Assembly (NCBI GenBank): GCA_044892525.1
Contig: CM097885.1
Location: 43,712,001-43,776,000 of the forward strand
Length of the DNA stretch: 64,000 bases
Direction of reading: 5' to 3'
Source of the DNA: Schmidtea polychroa
Lineage: Eukaryota
Every line of letters begins with the position of its first letter. Position 1 is the first letter of the stretch. The translations under genes and the position numbers were made by a program. The notes beneath the pieces were generated by a model. It was not told where the DNA came from and did no database searches. It saw only the letters and a list, made by a program, of their open reading frames with translations. Below, piece after piece: positions 48,666 through 61,286 of this stretch.

Positions 48666-51600
48666 CAGTGTTCTTCAACCTGGGTTCCGTGGAACCCTTG
48701 GGTTCCGTATAAAAAATTATGGGTTCCGCGAACAAATTTTATGATTTCTTATAAAAAAAGTTTTCAATATAAATAAACATATAATAATTTATATTTTATA
48801 CATTGAAAATTTTCTGTTGTAAAATTTTACGCCTTGAAAATTTATGAAATGCTACAATGACATTGAAATTTTTTTTATTTACTAAAAATGTAAGAAAAGT
48901 ATAAATTATCAAAAATATTTGAGAATAATTCGATTTTTTCTTTAAATTTCAATATATAATCCTTTGAAATTTGAATATAGTTTCTAAAAATAAATTTATA
49001 ATCATAGGATGCGGGAGTTACCTTGGTTTTGTGATACGTATGTGAAATTTGACGTGTATTTAATTTAGTTTCTAACTGGTGGATGTGTTTTATGTTAATC
49101 TTTAACTAAAAGTTAATATTTAATTAAAAAGTGTTTATTAAAATAAATTTGTTTATCTGCCTTTATTGCAAAAAGTACAATTATTTAAAAAAAATAACTT
49201 TGAGTTTTAATTTATTTCATTTAGTGTAAATACAGGTATGTTATTTTTTATTAAATATTAAATATTAAGTATGTGATTTAAAGGTAGAAAAAAAAGGGTT
49301 AAAAATGTATTAAACTTAAAATGTAAACATTTTTTCTAAATTTAATCTTTTATATTTAAACATTCAACTTTTATATATTTAAACATTTCATTTATAACTT
49401 TATATTAAAATATGTATGAATATTTTTTCTATTTATTAAGTTTTTCATAATTTTAATTAATTTTCGAAATTTCCCAACATTTTTAACCTCTTTTGGAGGT
49501 TTTTTGATAAGTTTAGTTTTGTCATAAAATCGATTTTATTTAAATTTAAATTAAATTAGGATACCATACCGTTATATAATGGATACTTGGTTAAAAACTG
49601 GAAAGCTTCCTGCTAAGGTCAAGGAAGTTAATTTAGAAACTGAAACAGCATCGAAAGACAAATGCAGTTAGTTCTAGGCTTGATACAGAAACATCATCGA
49701 AAAATCTGCCTTCTAAAAACAAAATAGCTAATGATTCAGATAAATCCACTAAAAAAAGAAAGTATGATGACGAATATTTAAAATTTGGATTCGCCTGGAT
49801 TGGTAATGAAAAAGAACCAAATGGATTATGCGTAGAGTGTGAAAAAGTAATGCATAACAGTAGTTTAAATCCAGCAAAAATGAAAAGACATTTGGAAACT
49901 AATCACCCGACTTTAAAAAATAAAAGTATTGAGTATTTCCAGAAAAAGTGTAATGAGCTTAAACAGAAAAATCAGCAATTTAAGAAATTCATACATGATG
50001 ATAATATAAATGCTTTGAAAGCATCTTATTTGGTCAGTTATCGTGTTGCTCAACAAGGTGAAGCTTACACTATTGCTGAAAAATTAGTGAAACCATGTAC
50101 CAAAGATATAGTTTCTTGCATGATAGGAGAGAAACATGTTAAAATGGTTGATTACGTGCCACTCTCTGATACTACTGTATCCAGGCGGATTATGGACATG
50201 GCAAATTATTGTGAAGTACAACTCATAAAACGTTTGAAAAATTGTATCCATGGATTTTCTCTTCAGTTGGATGAATCTACAGATGTATCTGGGTTAGCAA
50301 TTTTACTGGTATTTGTACGATACATTCATGAAATGGCTGCTGAAGAAGATATGCTTTTTTGTAAAGCTCTACCCAGCAAAACAACAGGTGAAGAAATATT
50401 TAAAATAATTGATTCATATTTTATACAGCATGATATATCTTGGGATTTATGTCACCATGTATGCACCGATGGTGCAAAAGCAATGCTTGGGAGTTTGAAA
50501 GGTGTAGTTGCGCGTATAAAACAGAAAAATCTTTACATTAAAAATAATCATTGCTGTCTTCATCGACAGGCTCTTGCAGTAAAAAGAATGCCAGAAGAAC
50601 TAAAAACTGTTCTTAATGATTGTGTCAAAATTGTAAATTTTATCAAATCAAGGCCGTTGAATTCGAGAATATTCACCTTATTATGTGAAGATATGGGAAG
50701 TAAACATAAAACATTATTACTTCACACAGAAGTTCGTTGGTTATCTCGTGGTAAAGTATTGACAAGATTTTTTCACTTACGAGATGAAATCAGATTGTTT
50801 TTTGCTAAACATCCACATGAACTATCTCACAAATTAAATGATGTGAAATGGGTTCAACAAATTTCTTATCTTTCAGATATTTTTTCATATTTTAATGAAG
50901 TAAATCTTTCTCTTCAAGGCCCAAATACGAACATTTTCCAAGTTCAAAATAAAATAAATGCAACTATAATGAAATTAAAATTTTGGGCGGATTGTATTTT
51001 GAAATCAAATACTGAATGTTTTTTTAATTTAAATGATTTTTTACTCTCCAATAATGCTGAAATTAATGAAAATGTTAAAATATATGTATTGCAACATTTA
51101 TCTGATTTACAAGATACTTTTGTGGAATATCTTCCTGCTCAGATAGAAAATTTTGATTGGGTTCAAAATCCATTTGTTGAATACTGCAATAACTATCATT
51201 TAACAATAAAAGAAAGGGAGCAATACATTGATATTTCAACTGATTCTACATTAAAAATAAAATTTTTTGAAGGAGAGATTTTGAATTTTTGGCTTGAAAT
51301 GTTTTGCCAATTTCCTGACCTCGCAAAAAAAGCTATTAAAATTTTGATGCCATTTGTGACCACTTATATGTGTGAAAGATCTTTCTCGCTATATATTGCC
51401 ACAAAAACAAAATACAGAAATAAATTAGATGCTGAAAATGAAATGAGGCTACAAATTACAAGAATTGTACCAGATTTCAATGTAATTTGTAGCAAAAAAC
51501 AGGCTCAACCTAGTCATTGAGTACCATTTAATATCAAATTTCTATTTTTTTTATGTTAAACTTTATATTTTTGCCATTAATTATTTAAATAAAATAATTT

Positions 51601-51768
51601 TATATTATAAAGTGCATTATTTTTTTATAAATTACCACATCGACAACCCCAATTGAATACATATATACATGCCCACATATACATGGGGAAATTTTTATTG
51701 GAAGGGTTCCGACGACTGCGAAAGTTTTTGGAAGGGTTCCGACGACTGCGAAAGGTTGAAGAGCACTG
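48666..51768 (+). mobile_element. Full-length hAT (Buster/Charlie) DNA transposon
   Basis: TIRs CAGTGTTCTTCAACCT / AGGTTGAAGAGCACTG; perfect TSD CTCTAGAT; subterminal GGTTCCG repeats. Confidence 0.96.
49579..51520 (+). CDS. Buster-type hAT transposase (BED finger, DDE, dimerisation domain); one frameshift at about 49661
   Basis: KKRKYDDEYLKFGF..CVEC..MKRHLETNH, LQLDESTD, CTDGA, HCCLHRQAL, EVRWLSRG, TTYMCERSFS, QPSH. The ATG at 49579 is out of frame with ORF 49850-51520. Confidence 0.92.
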
Positions 51769-52025
51769 CTCTAGATCAATCCATTTTATAGAAAATTAAA
51801 TTTTATCTCTATAATATATGAATAAATATACAAGGAAATTACGTTAACTGTATGAAAAATACAAATTTATCGTAAAAACATGTGTGTATTACACACAACA
51901 TACGATACATAATTTTTAATCAAGCTATTTTATAGAAAATTAAATTTTATCTCTATAATATATGAATAAATATACAAGGAAATTACGTTAACTGTATGAA
52001 AAATACAAATTTATCATATGACCTT

Positions 52026-52100
52026 GATGAGTCATCACGATGAGTCACCACAATGAGTCACCACGATGAGTCACCACGATGAGTCATCACGATGAGTCAT
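52026..52100. repeat. 13-bp tandem repeat, 6 copies, each containing TGAGTCA
   Basis: (GATGAGTCAYCAC)n is directly visible. Confidence 0.95.
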
Positions 52101-52300
52101 ATGTCTTTGTTTAAAAAATACCCCCTCCCGGGGGGGTATGACTCATATGTCTTTGTTCCCGACTCCACACATTACCTTACTCTACTGTTTTTACTCTTTT
52201 TGTCACTTTTAACAGGTCTGATCGAGATTTAAGTGTAACCATGTATAGGCAGAATTTAATTCTCTACAACATGGCGCAATTAAAACTTTAGTTTGTCGCT

Positions 52301-52991
52301 TTGTGTGTAATACACACATGTTTTTACGATAAATTTGTATTTTTCATACAGTTAACGTAATTTCCTTGGATATTTATTCATATATTATATAGATAAAATT
52401 TAATTTTCTATAAAATAGCTTGATTAAAAATTATGTCTCGTATGTTGTGTGTAATACACACATGTTTTTACGATAAATTTGTATTTTTCATACAGTTAAC
52501 GTAATTTCCTTGGATATTTATTCATATATTATAGAGATAAAATTTAATTTTCTATAAAATAGCTTGATTAAAAATTATGTCTCGTATGTTGTGTGTAATA
52601 CACACATGTTTTTACGATAAATTTGTATTTTTCATACAGTTAACGTAATTTCCTTGGATATTTATTCATATATTATATAGATAAAATTTAATTTTCTATA
52701 AAATAGCTTGATTAAAAATTATGTCTCGTATGTTGTGTGTAATACACACATGTTTTTACGATAAATTTGTATTTTTCATACAGTTAACGTAATTTCCTTG
52801 GATATTTATTCATATATTATAGAGATAAAATTTAATTTTCTATAAAATAGCTTGATTAAAAATTATGTCTCGTATGTTGTGTGTAATACACACATGTTTT
52901 TACGATAAATTTGTATTTTTCATATAGTTAACGTAATTTCCTTGTATATTTATTCATATATTATAGAGATAAAATTTAATTTTCTATAAAA
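52301..52991. repeat. 144-bp tandem repeat, about 4.8 copies; about 1.6 inverted copies at about 51785-52015
   Basis: TTGTGTGTAATACACACATG recurs at 52301, 52445, 52589, 52733 and 52877. Confidence 0.97.
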
Positions 52992-53792
52992 TGGATTGAT
53001 CTAGAGTTTAAAATGTTGTATTATTTTATTACTTTGTTACAATATTTTTATAATCTTATAACAATTTGCTTAAATATTTTACATCTGGTGAAATATTTCC
53101 GAAATATGTTATTACTTTGTTGTAATTTACTGAAAGACTTCACAATTTATTACAATATTCTTTTTAATTTGTTGTCCGTCTTCGAGATAATGTATTGATT
53201 TGTCCCAATTAACATCATTATTTTATTACTTTGTTGCAATATTTTTATTATTTTAGTTACAATGTGATAAATATTTTACAACTTTGTTGAAATTTTCTGA
53301 AATATGTTACTACTTTGTTGTAATATTTTCTAATCTTGTTACAATTTGCTTAAATATTTTACAACTGTTGAAAATTTATCTGAAATATGTTATTACTTTG
53401 TAACAATTTTATGAAAACGTTATTACTGTTTTGCAATTTGATGAAAAATGATATTACTTTGTGGGTTCATCGCATTATTTTTTATTAAATTATTATGAAA
53501 ATGTTGAATAAGTCAACTTTAGCATTAAAATGTGTTTTATCATTTAATTATTTATTTGTCCAATTAATTTAGATAATTAGTTTCAAGTAAGAAATATTAT
53601 TTTCGTGTTTATTTTATTTATTTATTTATTTTTTCCGAAAAATTAATATCCGGTTTATCTAAAATTAACTCAGCGTTTTATTTTATAATAAATTAAATAA
53701 TTTCTAATTAAAATTTTATTCAAATTGAAATATTACTGTTATAATTTACGCTCTTGTTATAATATAATGTAAATGTAAAATTAAAAAAAAAA

Positions 53793-53835
<43 letters not shown>

Positions 53836-56800
53836 TAATAAAATAACGTTAGTAATTAAAATATTAATAAACTAATTAATTAATTAAATGTAATAAATTA
53901 AAAATTAACTAAAGAAAGTAACTAAAATAAAAACATAATAAAATAATTAATTAAGAAAATTAAAAAATAAAAAAATAAATAAATAAATTGAAGTAATTAA
54001 ATAAAATTTAAATTAAAAAAAAATAAAAATAAATAAATTGAAGTAATTAAATAAATATTAAATTAAAAAAAAAATTAAAAAAAATAAATAAATAAATAAA
54101 TAAAAAATAATAAATAAAAAAATAAATAAATAAATAAAATAATAATAATAATTAAATAGCGTAAGTAATTTAAATAAAATATTAATAAACTAATTAATTA
54201 ATTAAATGTAATAAATTAAAAATTAACTAAAGTAAGTAACTAAAATAAAAACATAATAAAATAATTAATTAAGAAAATTGAAAAATAAAAAAATAAATAA
54301 ATAAATTGAAGTAATTAAATAAAATTTAAATTAAAAAAAATAAAAATAAATAAATTGAAGTAATTAAATAAAATTTAAATTAAAAAAAAAATTAAAAAAA
54401 ATAAATAAATAAATAAATAAAAAATAATAAATAAAAAAATAAATAAATAAATAAAATAATAATAATAATTAAATAGCGTAAGTAATTTAAATAAAATATT
54501 AATAAACTAATTAATTAATTAAATGTAATAAATTAAAAATTAACTAAAGAAAGTAACTAAAATAAAAACATAATAAAATAATTAATTAAGAAAATTAAAA
54601 AATAAAAAAAAATAAATAAAAAAAAAATAAATAAATAAAAAATAATAAATAAAAAAAATAAATAAATAAATAAATAAAATAATAATAATAATAAAATAAC
54701 GTTAGTAATTAAAATAAAATATTAATAAACTAATTAATTAATTAAATGTAATAAATTAAAAATTAACTAAAGTAAGTAACTAAAATAAAAACATAATAAA
54801 ATAATTAATTAAGAAAATTAAAAAATAAAAAAAAAATAAATAAATTGAAGTAATTAAATAAAATATTTAAATTAAAAAATAAATAAATAAAAAAAAATAA
54901 ATAAATAAATAAAAAATAATAAATAAAAAAAAAATAAATAAATAAAATAATAATAATAATTAAATAGCGTAAGTAATTAAAATAAAATATTAATAAACTA
55001 ATAAATTAATTAAATGTAATAAATTTAAATAAAACATAATAAAATGATTAATTAATAAAATTAAAAAGAAAAATTAAAAAGAAGTAATTAAATAAAATGT
55101 TAATTTAAAAAATAAATGATTCGATTGGTCTATATTTGATCTTGATATTCCATGACCTTGAAAGTGTCCTGGAGTCCTTATTATATACTACTGATAAAAA
55201 TGACGCAAAACATAAAATTCATCACAGAATTGCTATTCAATTAGTCGAATCACATTGATGCAATTCTTTATCAATTTGATGTTCTTTGAATAAGTGCAAG
55301 AGAAATTTCCCAACTTCAAACTTTTTTGAGAAGGCAAAATATCATAAAATCTTTCTAAGATTTATTTCTAAGTGAAATCCTTATCGGGATAAAATGGTCA
55401 AGTTTTGTTACTTGGTTATTGGAAAGATACGACATGGTAGACATTAAAAATTTTTGGTTCCTTATATAGTTATTTTGGTCACTTTTTGTTGTTTGTGCTG
55501 TGCCATTGGAGGTCCTTGACACACTTTTTATTTAAATGATTAGTTTTAGCCAACAATTACACACTGCAGAAATTACTCATGAAAATAATTTATAGCATTT
55601 CTGATTGTTTGGTTCCATTCATCAAACTCATGGAACCCTGCACTAATAGACAATACTTTCCCATCATTTTAGAACACTTTAAACCGCCAAATATTTTAAA
55701 ATGATATTCAGGTCGGGAAATCTTTTTTTTCAAAACACTTTAATTCGGGCGAATTGACACATTTCATCTAATATGTAAAAAATATACTAATTTGAAGAGT
55801 TAGATATTTTTATAAAAAATTAATTTAACCTAAAATCTTTTTAATAAATACTTTTGTCAATGGAAAAGAATTCAGTGGTGAAATTTGAAAAAAATTTCTT
55901 ATAATACAATAATTATTTTGTTCTATTTTATACATAAAATGATAAAAATGATAAGAAAAATTAAGTTAAAATAAATTATTTTTATAAATAAATATCAAAA
56001 TATTTATAGATTTTTACTAAAATAAGAATACAAAATGAACGAAATTTCGTGAAATTATTTGCCAAGTTTGGGAAACCCATATTAAAGAATAAATAAGAAG
56101 TGACCCTTATATAATGTTTGTGCAGCTACTACTATTTATTTGACGTATCCTATAATATAAACGTTTCATACGTTTCGTTTACAAAATCTAGTTAATTACA
56201 CTGTAAATAAGGTACATGTTAAATGAATATTATTAATTCATGTTTCTGAAGATTCAAGTTCAAATTGATGACTTTAAAAATATTTATTAAATTGTTTAGC
56301 TAGCAATAAGGATAATAAAGTAATTAATTTTCAAATTAATATTTTGTTTTAATTAAAACAAAATAATATTTAAAAGAAAATAATATTTACTTAATAAATG
56401 AAATACTCATAATATAAAACAAACATAATGAAATACAATTAATAAATTATATTATTTTATTCGTTATTTATTCAATTCTTTTAAAAAATATCTTAAATAT
56501 TTAAAATAATATATATAATAAAAATATTAAAATTTTACCAAAATTTAAACCAATAAAAATTTATATATAAATGACCAAAGTTGAGAATTTGGAAGCTCAG
56601 TATTTCAATTAAAATGAAAACCGAAAATGATATTTACTTAACAAATGAAATACGCAAAATGTAAAACAAACATAATAAAATACAATATCTAGATTCATAT
56701 TTTCAATGAAAATTTATTTTATTACATTCTATGAATCTGTGACAAATATGATTTCTACACACAAATCTCTCTTTTTGTTTCAATCTTTAAATCATATATT

Positions 56801-57172
56801 AAATGATTTATTTCTAATAAATGAAGCAAATCTTTAATGTTTAACTTTGTACCTTCAATAACATTCAGCAAAACTTTCAATTCGTCATTTGTCAAACAAG
56901 CCGAGCATTTGATATTCAATATAACTTTTGTCATGGTTTGGATAATGATAAATAACATGATAAACACATAGTTCAAAATTTACTAATAAAAATGATTTTA
57001 TTGTAATTTGATTGGATAAAAATTTTGTAATCATTTAATTATTTTTATTTAATTATTTTGAATAATGCAATTTTATGATATTTATTTGTAAATTTCAAAA
57101 TTCACAACTTTGGTCATTTATATATAAGTTTTTATTGGTTTAAATAATTTTAATATTTTTATTATATCATTT

Positions 57173-57269
<97 letters not shown>

Positions 57270-59073
57270 TATTATTATTCACTAAAAATTATTACATAAA
57301 TTTGGTTTAAAAAATTGCTTTGAAAAATATTTCATAAAAAGTTACATTAAAACTTATCTTTGTAAATTATTGCATTAATATGTTATTAAATATGTCTTTT
57401 TAAAATTTATCAGAAAAAGTCGGTTTACAAGATCTCGATTCTTCAAAATATGTTCATTTTGACCTTAAAAAATTTAGTCTGAAATACCTCCTGACTATAG
57501 TACTTCACATTAACATAAACTACTTTAGGCCTTTGCACACTAGTTTATTTTGACCTAAAAATTCTTGGGACTAAAATGCCCCCTAAAATACCCTTTCACG
57601 CTGACATAACCTAAATTCCTGTACAAAAATCCTGGCACCAAAATAACCCCTCACTATAATGCGTCAGATTGACATAAAAGCACTGTAGCCCTCTGCACTC
57701 TAGTTCATTTTGACCTGAAAAAATCTTGGGACCAAAATACTTTTTCACTATAGTGTTTCAGATCGACATTGCTACTTCATATGAAATAGATAAGGTATCG
57801 GATGGTCATGCTGCATTTTTTGGATTCTCTATTGTCCAGATATCTACCTTCTAAAGATCAGGAGCTGCAGGAACTGACCTCTCCAAGCACCTAAAATACC
57901 TCGTAAAACCACGAGTTACGAACATAGCCGACTAAAGAAACAATTTAAATCAAAACTGATTGCTTTATTAGCGATTGCGATAATAAAAGTGAATGAACGA
58001 CAAACATTTATATAAAAATCATTAAAAATAATAAAATTTAAATTGAATCATAAATATAGTGGCATGTCCAACGATTGTGCAGCGAAAATAACCCATAACG
58101 TGGTTATCATCCATGATGGTGCGACAAGGCCGTTCTCGATTAATAAGTACAAAAGTAAGTAGGAAAAATAAACTAAAAAAAATTGAAATTTAATTTGTAT
58201 ATTTCGATAGCTTGTATGAGGTAAAGGAAAGGGATCACTGTGGAAGTTGAGAGTTGGCGTCTTCTAAAAATTATATATCTCGATAGGTGTCAGAGATAAT
58301 AAAGAAATTGAAGATAAATGTACGAGAAGGAAAAAACTAAACTAAAGTCAATATCATTAAGTACCATTAGATTATAGACTATAAAAGGAAATAGAACTTG
58401 AATGGAAATGTAATTTGTTTGATAACAGAATTTCTAGAGAACACAAAATTTGTTGTAAAGCAAAAAGGTAGCAGAAGTTGCAAAGAAAAGAATATCGAAT
58501 AAATTCAAGTCAAAACTAACAAAGTAACTAGATCAAATCTTCCTATCATCGAAACAAGAAACCGTAGTGAAGTGGCTGTGAATTCCAAGTTATGTTGTAA
58601 ACGAGGTATTTCTCCCGAAAGATTGTCGTTGTAACATATTATCCTTTGTGTCACTGTAAATTGGTAATAAATGTGTTAATCAATAAAGTTTATAATGTCT
58701 GGAGCTCGTTATTGTTATTAAACAACGCAAGCTTGGAGTCAGCTTATTAACTGGTAATATTTAACTTCACCGAAAACCCCACCAAATTTTAGAATCAAAT
58801 ATATTTTCTCCTGATCTAAACCAAGTAAAACTATTTTATTTTCAGTCTTCAGCTTCTTCCTTCTTCAAAACTCGCATGTATAAACGAACCGGTAATAAAT
58901 AGTAATAAAATTAATTAATAAATTCAATCAAAATTAAGCCGCTAAAAATTAATTTTAGATATGGAAAATCACACATGGATTAATGCGAAATTCACAAATA
59001 ATTTTAGAATATCATTAAGAAAAGTATTTAATCACAAATAACTAATTATAATTATTTAATCTCTACTCCAAAA

Positions 59074-59932
59074 ATGAGTCTAAAAGACATTTTCCACCTG
59101 TTTGTTATTTGGTCAGTTTGTGACATTTCAACGGCATGGAAAATAACTAACGGCAGTCAGGAAATGATGCACGAATTTCCTCAGATCGTTTCAATAAAAT
59201 TAATGGATAATCATATCTGCGGAGGGACTTTACTTAATGCAAACACCGTTCTAACCTCTGCTCGCTGCATGTGGGATCTGCGTAATTGGAACATTGACTA
59301 CTTTAAATACTATAAATTTAGAATTTTTCTTGGAGAATTCGATTTACACTGTATAGAAGGCATAGAAAAAGATTTCCAAGTTACAAAAATAATTATACAT
59401 CCGTTCTATACTAGCGAAATGTCGTTTCATTATGGATATGACGTAGCTCTGATTAAATTTGACGGATATATTCAGAATACAGATTATGATTACATTAAAT
59501 ATAATGTTTTCGATATTAACGGCATCTCTAAACCTGGAGATCAATGTGAAGTTGTTGGTTGGGGAAGTTTGTTACCTTTTGGAAAAGGTATTTCTCAATT
59601 TTTACAGAAAGCCTATCTTAATGTAAAGTTATAATTAATTGTTTAATTGTTAAATACGGATGGTTCAGGTTTTGTCCAATGAAGAGTGCTCTAAAATATT
59701 TTATAACGTCAAATACATTGATAGCAATATTTGTGCTGGTAACGGAAACCCGGAAACCTCGGATTGTAGGGGTGACTCTGGAGGACCCCTTTTCTGCACC
59801 GATGACAAAAATCAACATGTTCAAGTTGGTATAGTAAGTTATGGACCTGCACCCTGTGGAAAACCAAACGTTCCTACTGTTTTTACTCGGATATCAACTG
59901 TTGCAAAATGGATTATTAACAATTCTAATTAA
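59074..59932 (+). CDS. Secreted trypsin-fold (S1A) serine protease homologue, 2 exons (59074-59622, 59669-59932), about 270 aa
   Basis: Signal peptide, K|ITNG activation site, HICGG, TSARC, DVALIK, VVGWG, GDSGGP. A 46-bp GT..AG intron (59623-59668) joins LQKAYLN|VLSNEEC in frame. Confidence 0.92.
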
Positions 59933-60080
59933 AATATAATATCTCAAAATCAAAATAATTTGGTGCAATTTAATTGACAAGGACTGAAAATGTAAAAAGA
60001 TTAATTTATGTAGCTTGTTACATTCACAATTTAATAAAATAATTTTATTGTAATTTAATGGTAATTGTGATAAATTATAT

Positions 60081-60444
60081 CAGTGGTTCTCAACCCGTGT
60101 TCTGCGATTAATCTTCCAGTGTTCCGCGAAAAAATGACATTTTATCTTTAAATTTACATTTAAGATACATATCATCAAAATCCTAAATTAATATTTTTAT
60201 AAGATGATTCAATAAGAAAGTCGTTACACAGATAAACATACAAATATAAAAGTGTTTTTATTGCATGTTATTGTTGCACGTGGTATTTTCTTTGCTTATA
60301 TAAGAAGTCATTGTTTACGTTAAGAACAGATTTATAGTAATTTGTGATTGGTCACTCATTGTGGGCAAGTATTTTTTGTCAGTGTTCCGCGTAAAAAATC
60401 ATGTGAATGGTGTTTCGCGCTATTATATTAATTGAGAACCACTG
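60081..60444. mobile_element. hAT (Buster-type) MITE
   Basis: Perfect TIR CAGTGGTTCTCAA; perfect TSD AATTATAT. Confidence 0.93.
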
Positions 60445-60967
60445 AATTATATATATATAGATAGATAGATAGATAGATGGTTTGTTTGTTTGTACAAAAA
60501 TAAATATAATAATGCTGGAATATTCAAATTTTACTAATAAGTGTTTAGTAATAGGGTCATTTGTTTTACAAAATGACAAGGCTTCAGCTGGATGGGTTCG
60601 GGTACCTACTGAATAAATTTTTCAACATTCATGTATATCTAAAAACACAAAATAATCAAAGTAACTAATAAGTATTTAGTAAAAGGGCCATCAGTTCTGC
60701 AAAATTTCGAGGCTTTAACTCGATTGTTGGGTTATTGAGTTGGTAATAATTTTAAATGTTACTCTGACTCCAAGCGTGTCTTGAACCGATTCACAAATAA
60801 CACTTGACAACAGAAATCTTTATTGATAATCACAAATAATCTTTCTCTTTACACTGGCAATATATTCAACACTCTGGTTGGTGACTATACAATGCTTGTT
60901 GAAATTGAAGTAAAATCGCGAAACGCTAAAACAACAAGATGAATTTAGATGATTTACTATATCAATA

Positions 60968-61286
60968 CACTCATACCTCGCTTTACGGCCTAGATACGTT
61001 CCAGGAAAGTTGGCCGCAAAGCGAAACACCGCATAACGAATCAAATATTTTGATACAATTTTTTGGAAGATACTCAATCTTCACATCTTCAGATAATTCG
61101 CATAAATTAACTGGATGTCCTGGAGCATTATCCAAAATTAGCAAAGCCTTGTCGCACCTTTTTTCACACTTTTTTTGGCCGTATAACGAAACATTTTAGG
61201 CCGTAAATCGAAAAAGTGCCGTAATTAAAGTAGGCCGTTATAGCGAAAAGCCGTATAAAGAGCAGCCATATAGCGAGGTATGAGTG
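60968..61286 (-). mobile_element. Internally deleted Tigger/pogo element
   Basis: TIR CACTCATACCTCGCT with TA TSDs. The minus strand retains KALLILDNAPGHP...VKIEYLPKN of the Tigger DDE domain. Confidence 0.88.

Larger units (their letters stand above)
46755..55192. mobile_element. Non-coding foldback element with >2-kb inverted arms and Maverick/Polinton-like termini
   Basis: Starts AGTAGTATATAATAAGGACTCCAGGACAC and ends with its exact reverse complement. TSD GATAAA at 46749-46754 and 55193-55198; the empty site is visible in the duplicate near 29890. Confidence 0.88.

Noticed and set aside
52301..52991. CRISPR-like appearance of regularly spaced palindromic repeats
   Set aside because: The intervening sequences are identical rather than unique spacers, there are no cas genes, and the context is eukaryotic.
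48466..53198. Twin ORFs MLYYFITLLQYF... on opposite strands
   Set aside because: They result from the inverted arms of the foldback element and are low-complexity AT-rich sequence.
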